Assembly (NCBI RefSeq): GCF_006345805.1
Contig: NW_021830000.1
Location: 1 to 7,567, forward strand
Reading direction: 5' to 3'
DNA from: Octopus sinensis
Taxonomy: Eukaryota
Length of the DNA stretch: 7,567 nt
The position numbers and the translations under genes were made by a program. Under the pieces are notes generated by a model. It saw only the letters and a list, made by a program, of their open reading frames with translations. It was not told where the DNA came from and did not search any database. Numbering within the stretch: position 1 is the stretch's first letter; every line of letters starts with the position of its first letter. Below, in pieces: positions 7,106 to 7,567 of the stretch.

Positions 7106-7319
7106 CCTTTCTACTATAGCCACAAGGCCTGGATTTTGTGGGGAGCGGGGTTGTCGATTATATCGATCCCAGTGTTTCACTAGTACTTAATTTATCGACC
7201 CCCAAAATATGAAAGGCAAAGTCGACATCGACAGGAATTTGAACTCAGAACGTAGCGAGGAGCGAAATACCGCTAAGCATTTCGTCCAGCGAGCTAAAGA
7301 ATTTGCCAGCACGCCGCCT
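7068..7319 (-). mobile_element. tRNA-derived SINE, family 2 (Meta/MESC-like central domain), with (ATT)n tail
   Basis: Reverse complement: AGGCGGCGTGCTGGCA... head, B box GAGTTCAAATTCC, GACTTTGCCTTTCAT..GGGGGTCGATAAATTAAGTACTAG, 3' end CTATAGTAGAAAGG then (ATT)n (7068-7105). The domain name is from memory. Confidence 0.85.
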
Positions 7320-7352
7320 TTTTTTTGACATATTTTAAAAAAATAGAATAAA

Positions 7353-7391
7353 AATAATAATAATAATGACAACAACAACAACAACAATAAT

Positions 7392-7444
<53 letters not shown>

Positions 7445-7470
7445 TAATAATAATAATAATAACAACAACA
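7353..7470. repeat. (AAT)n/(AAC)n trinucleotide microsatellite
   Basis: Direct reading. Confidence 0.95.
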
Positions 7471-7567
7471 CCACTACTACTCTCAAGTCAACTGAATAGA
7501 ACAGGGTATGGCTACAAATTTGACAACAGGAAAATAAGCCATCTATTTTATATGGATGATTTAAAAC
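7471..7567 (+). pseudogene. Non-LTR retrotransposon reverse transcriptase fragment (R4/Dong-like), 5'-truncated, runs off the window
   Basis: Frame starting 7471 reads PLLLSSQLNRTGYGYKFDNRKISHLFYMDDLK. The catalytic YMDD is at 7549-7560, in the GYGY...ISHL(F/L)YMDDLK context typical of R4/Dong-type RLE-clade RTs. Missed by the ORF track because there is no start codon. Confidence 0.85.

Overview
AT-rich, microsatellite-dense eukaryotic repeat DNA with no intact protein-coding gene. It is most likely an octopus or other cephalopod genome; this is inferred from my recollection of the SINE families, not from a search. The first ~4 kb is a near-identical ~1.98-kb direct tandem duplication with its junction in a (TATG)n tract. 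Each unit holds a decayed Penelope-like element 3' end (GIY-YIG C-terminal remnant plus a minimal type I hammerhead motif whose core 3-8 pair is A-U instead of C-G), followed by three same-orientation tRNA-derived SINE copies. The remainder has a ~340-bp foldback element, more SINEs of two families, and a candidate exon with strong splice signals and stacked uORFs. It also has an internally deleted Tc1/mariner remnant and the start of an R4/Dong-like reverse transcriptase fragment (YMDD) next to an (AAT)n tract. Nearly all ORFs in the supplied track are microsatellite or SINE artefacts. All alignments and family calls were made by eye.
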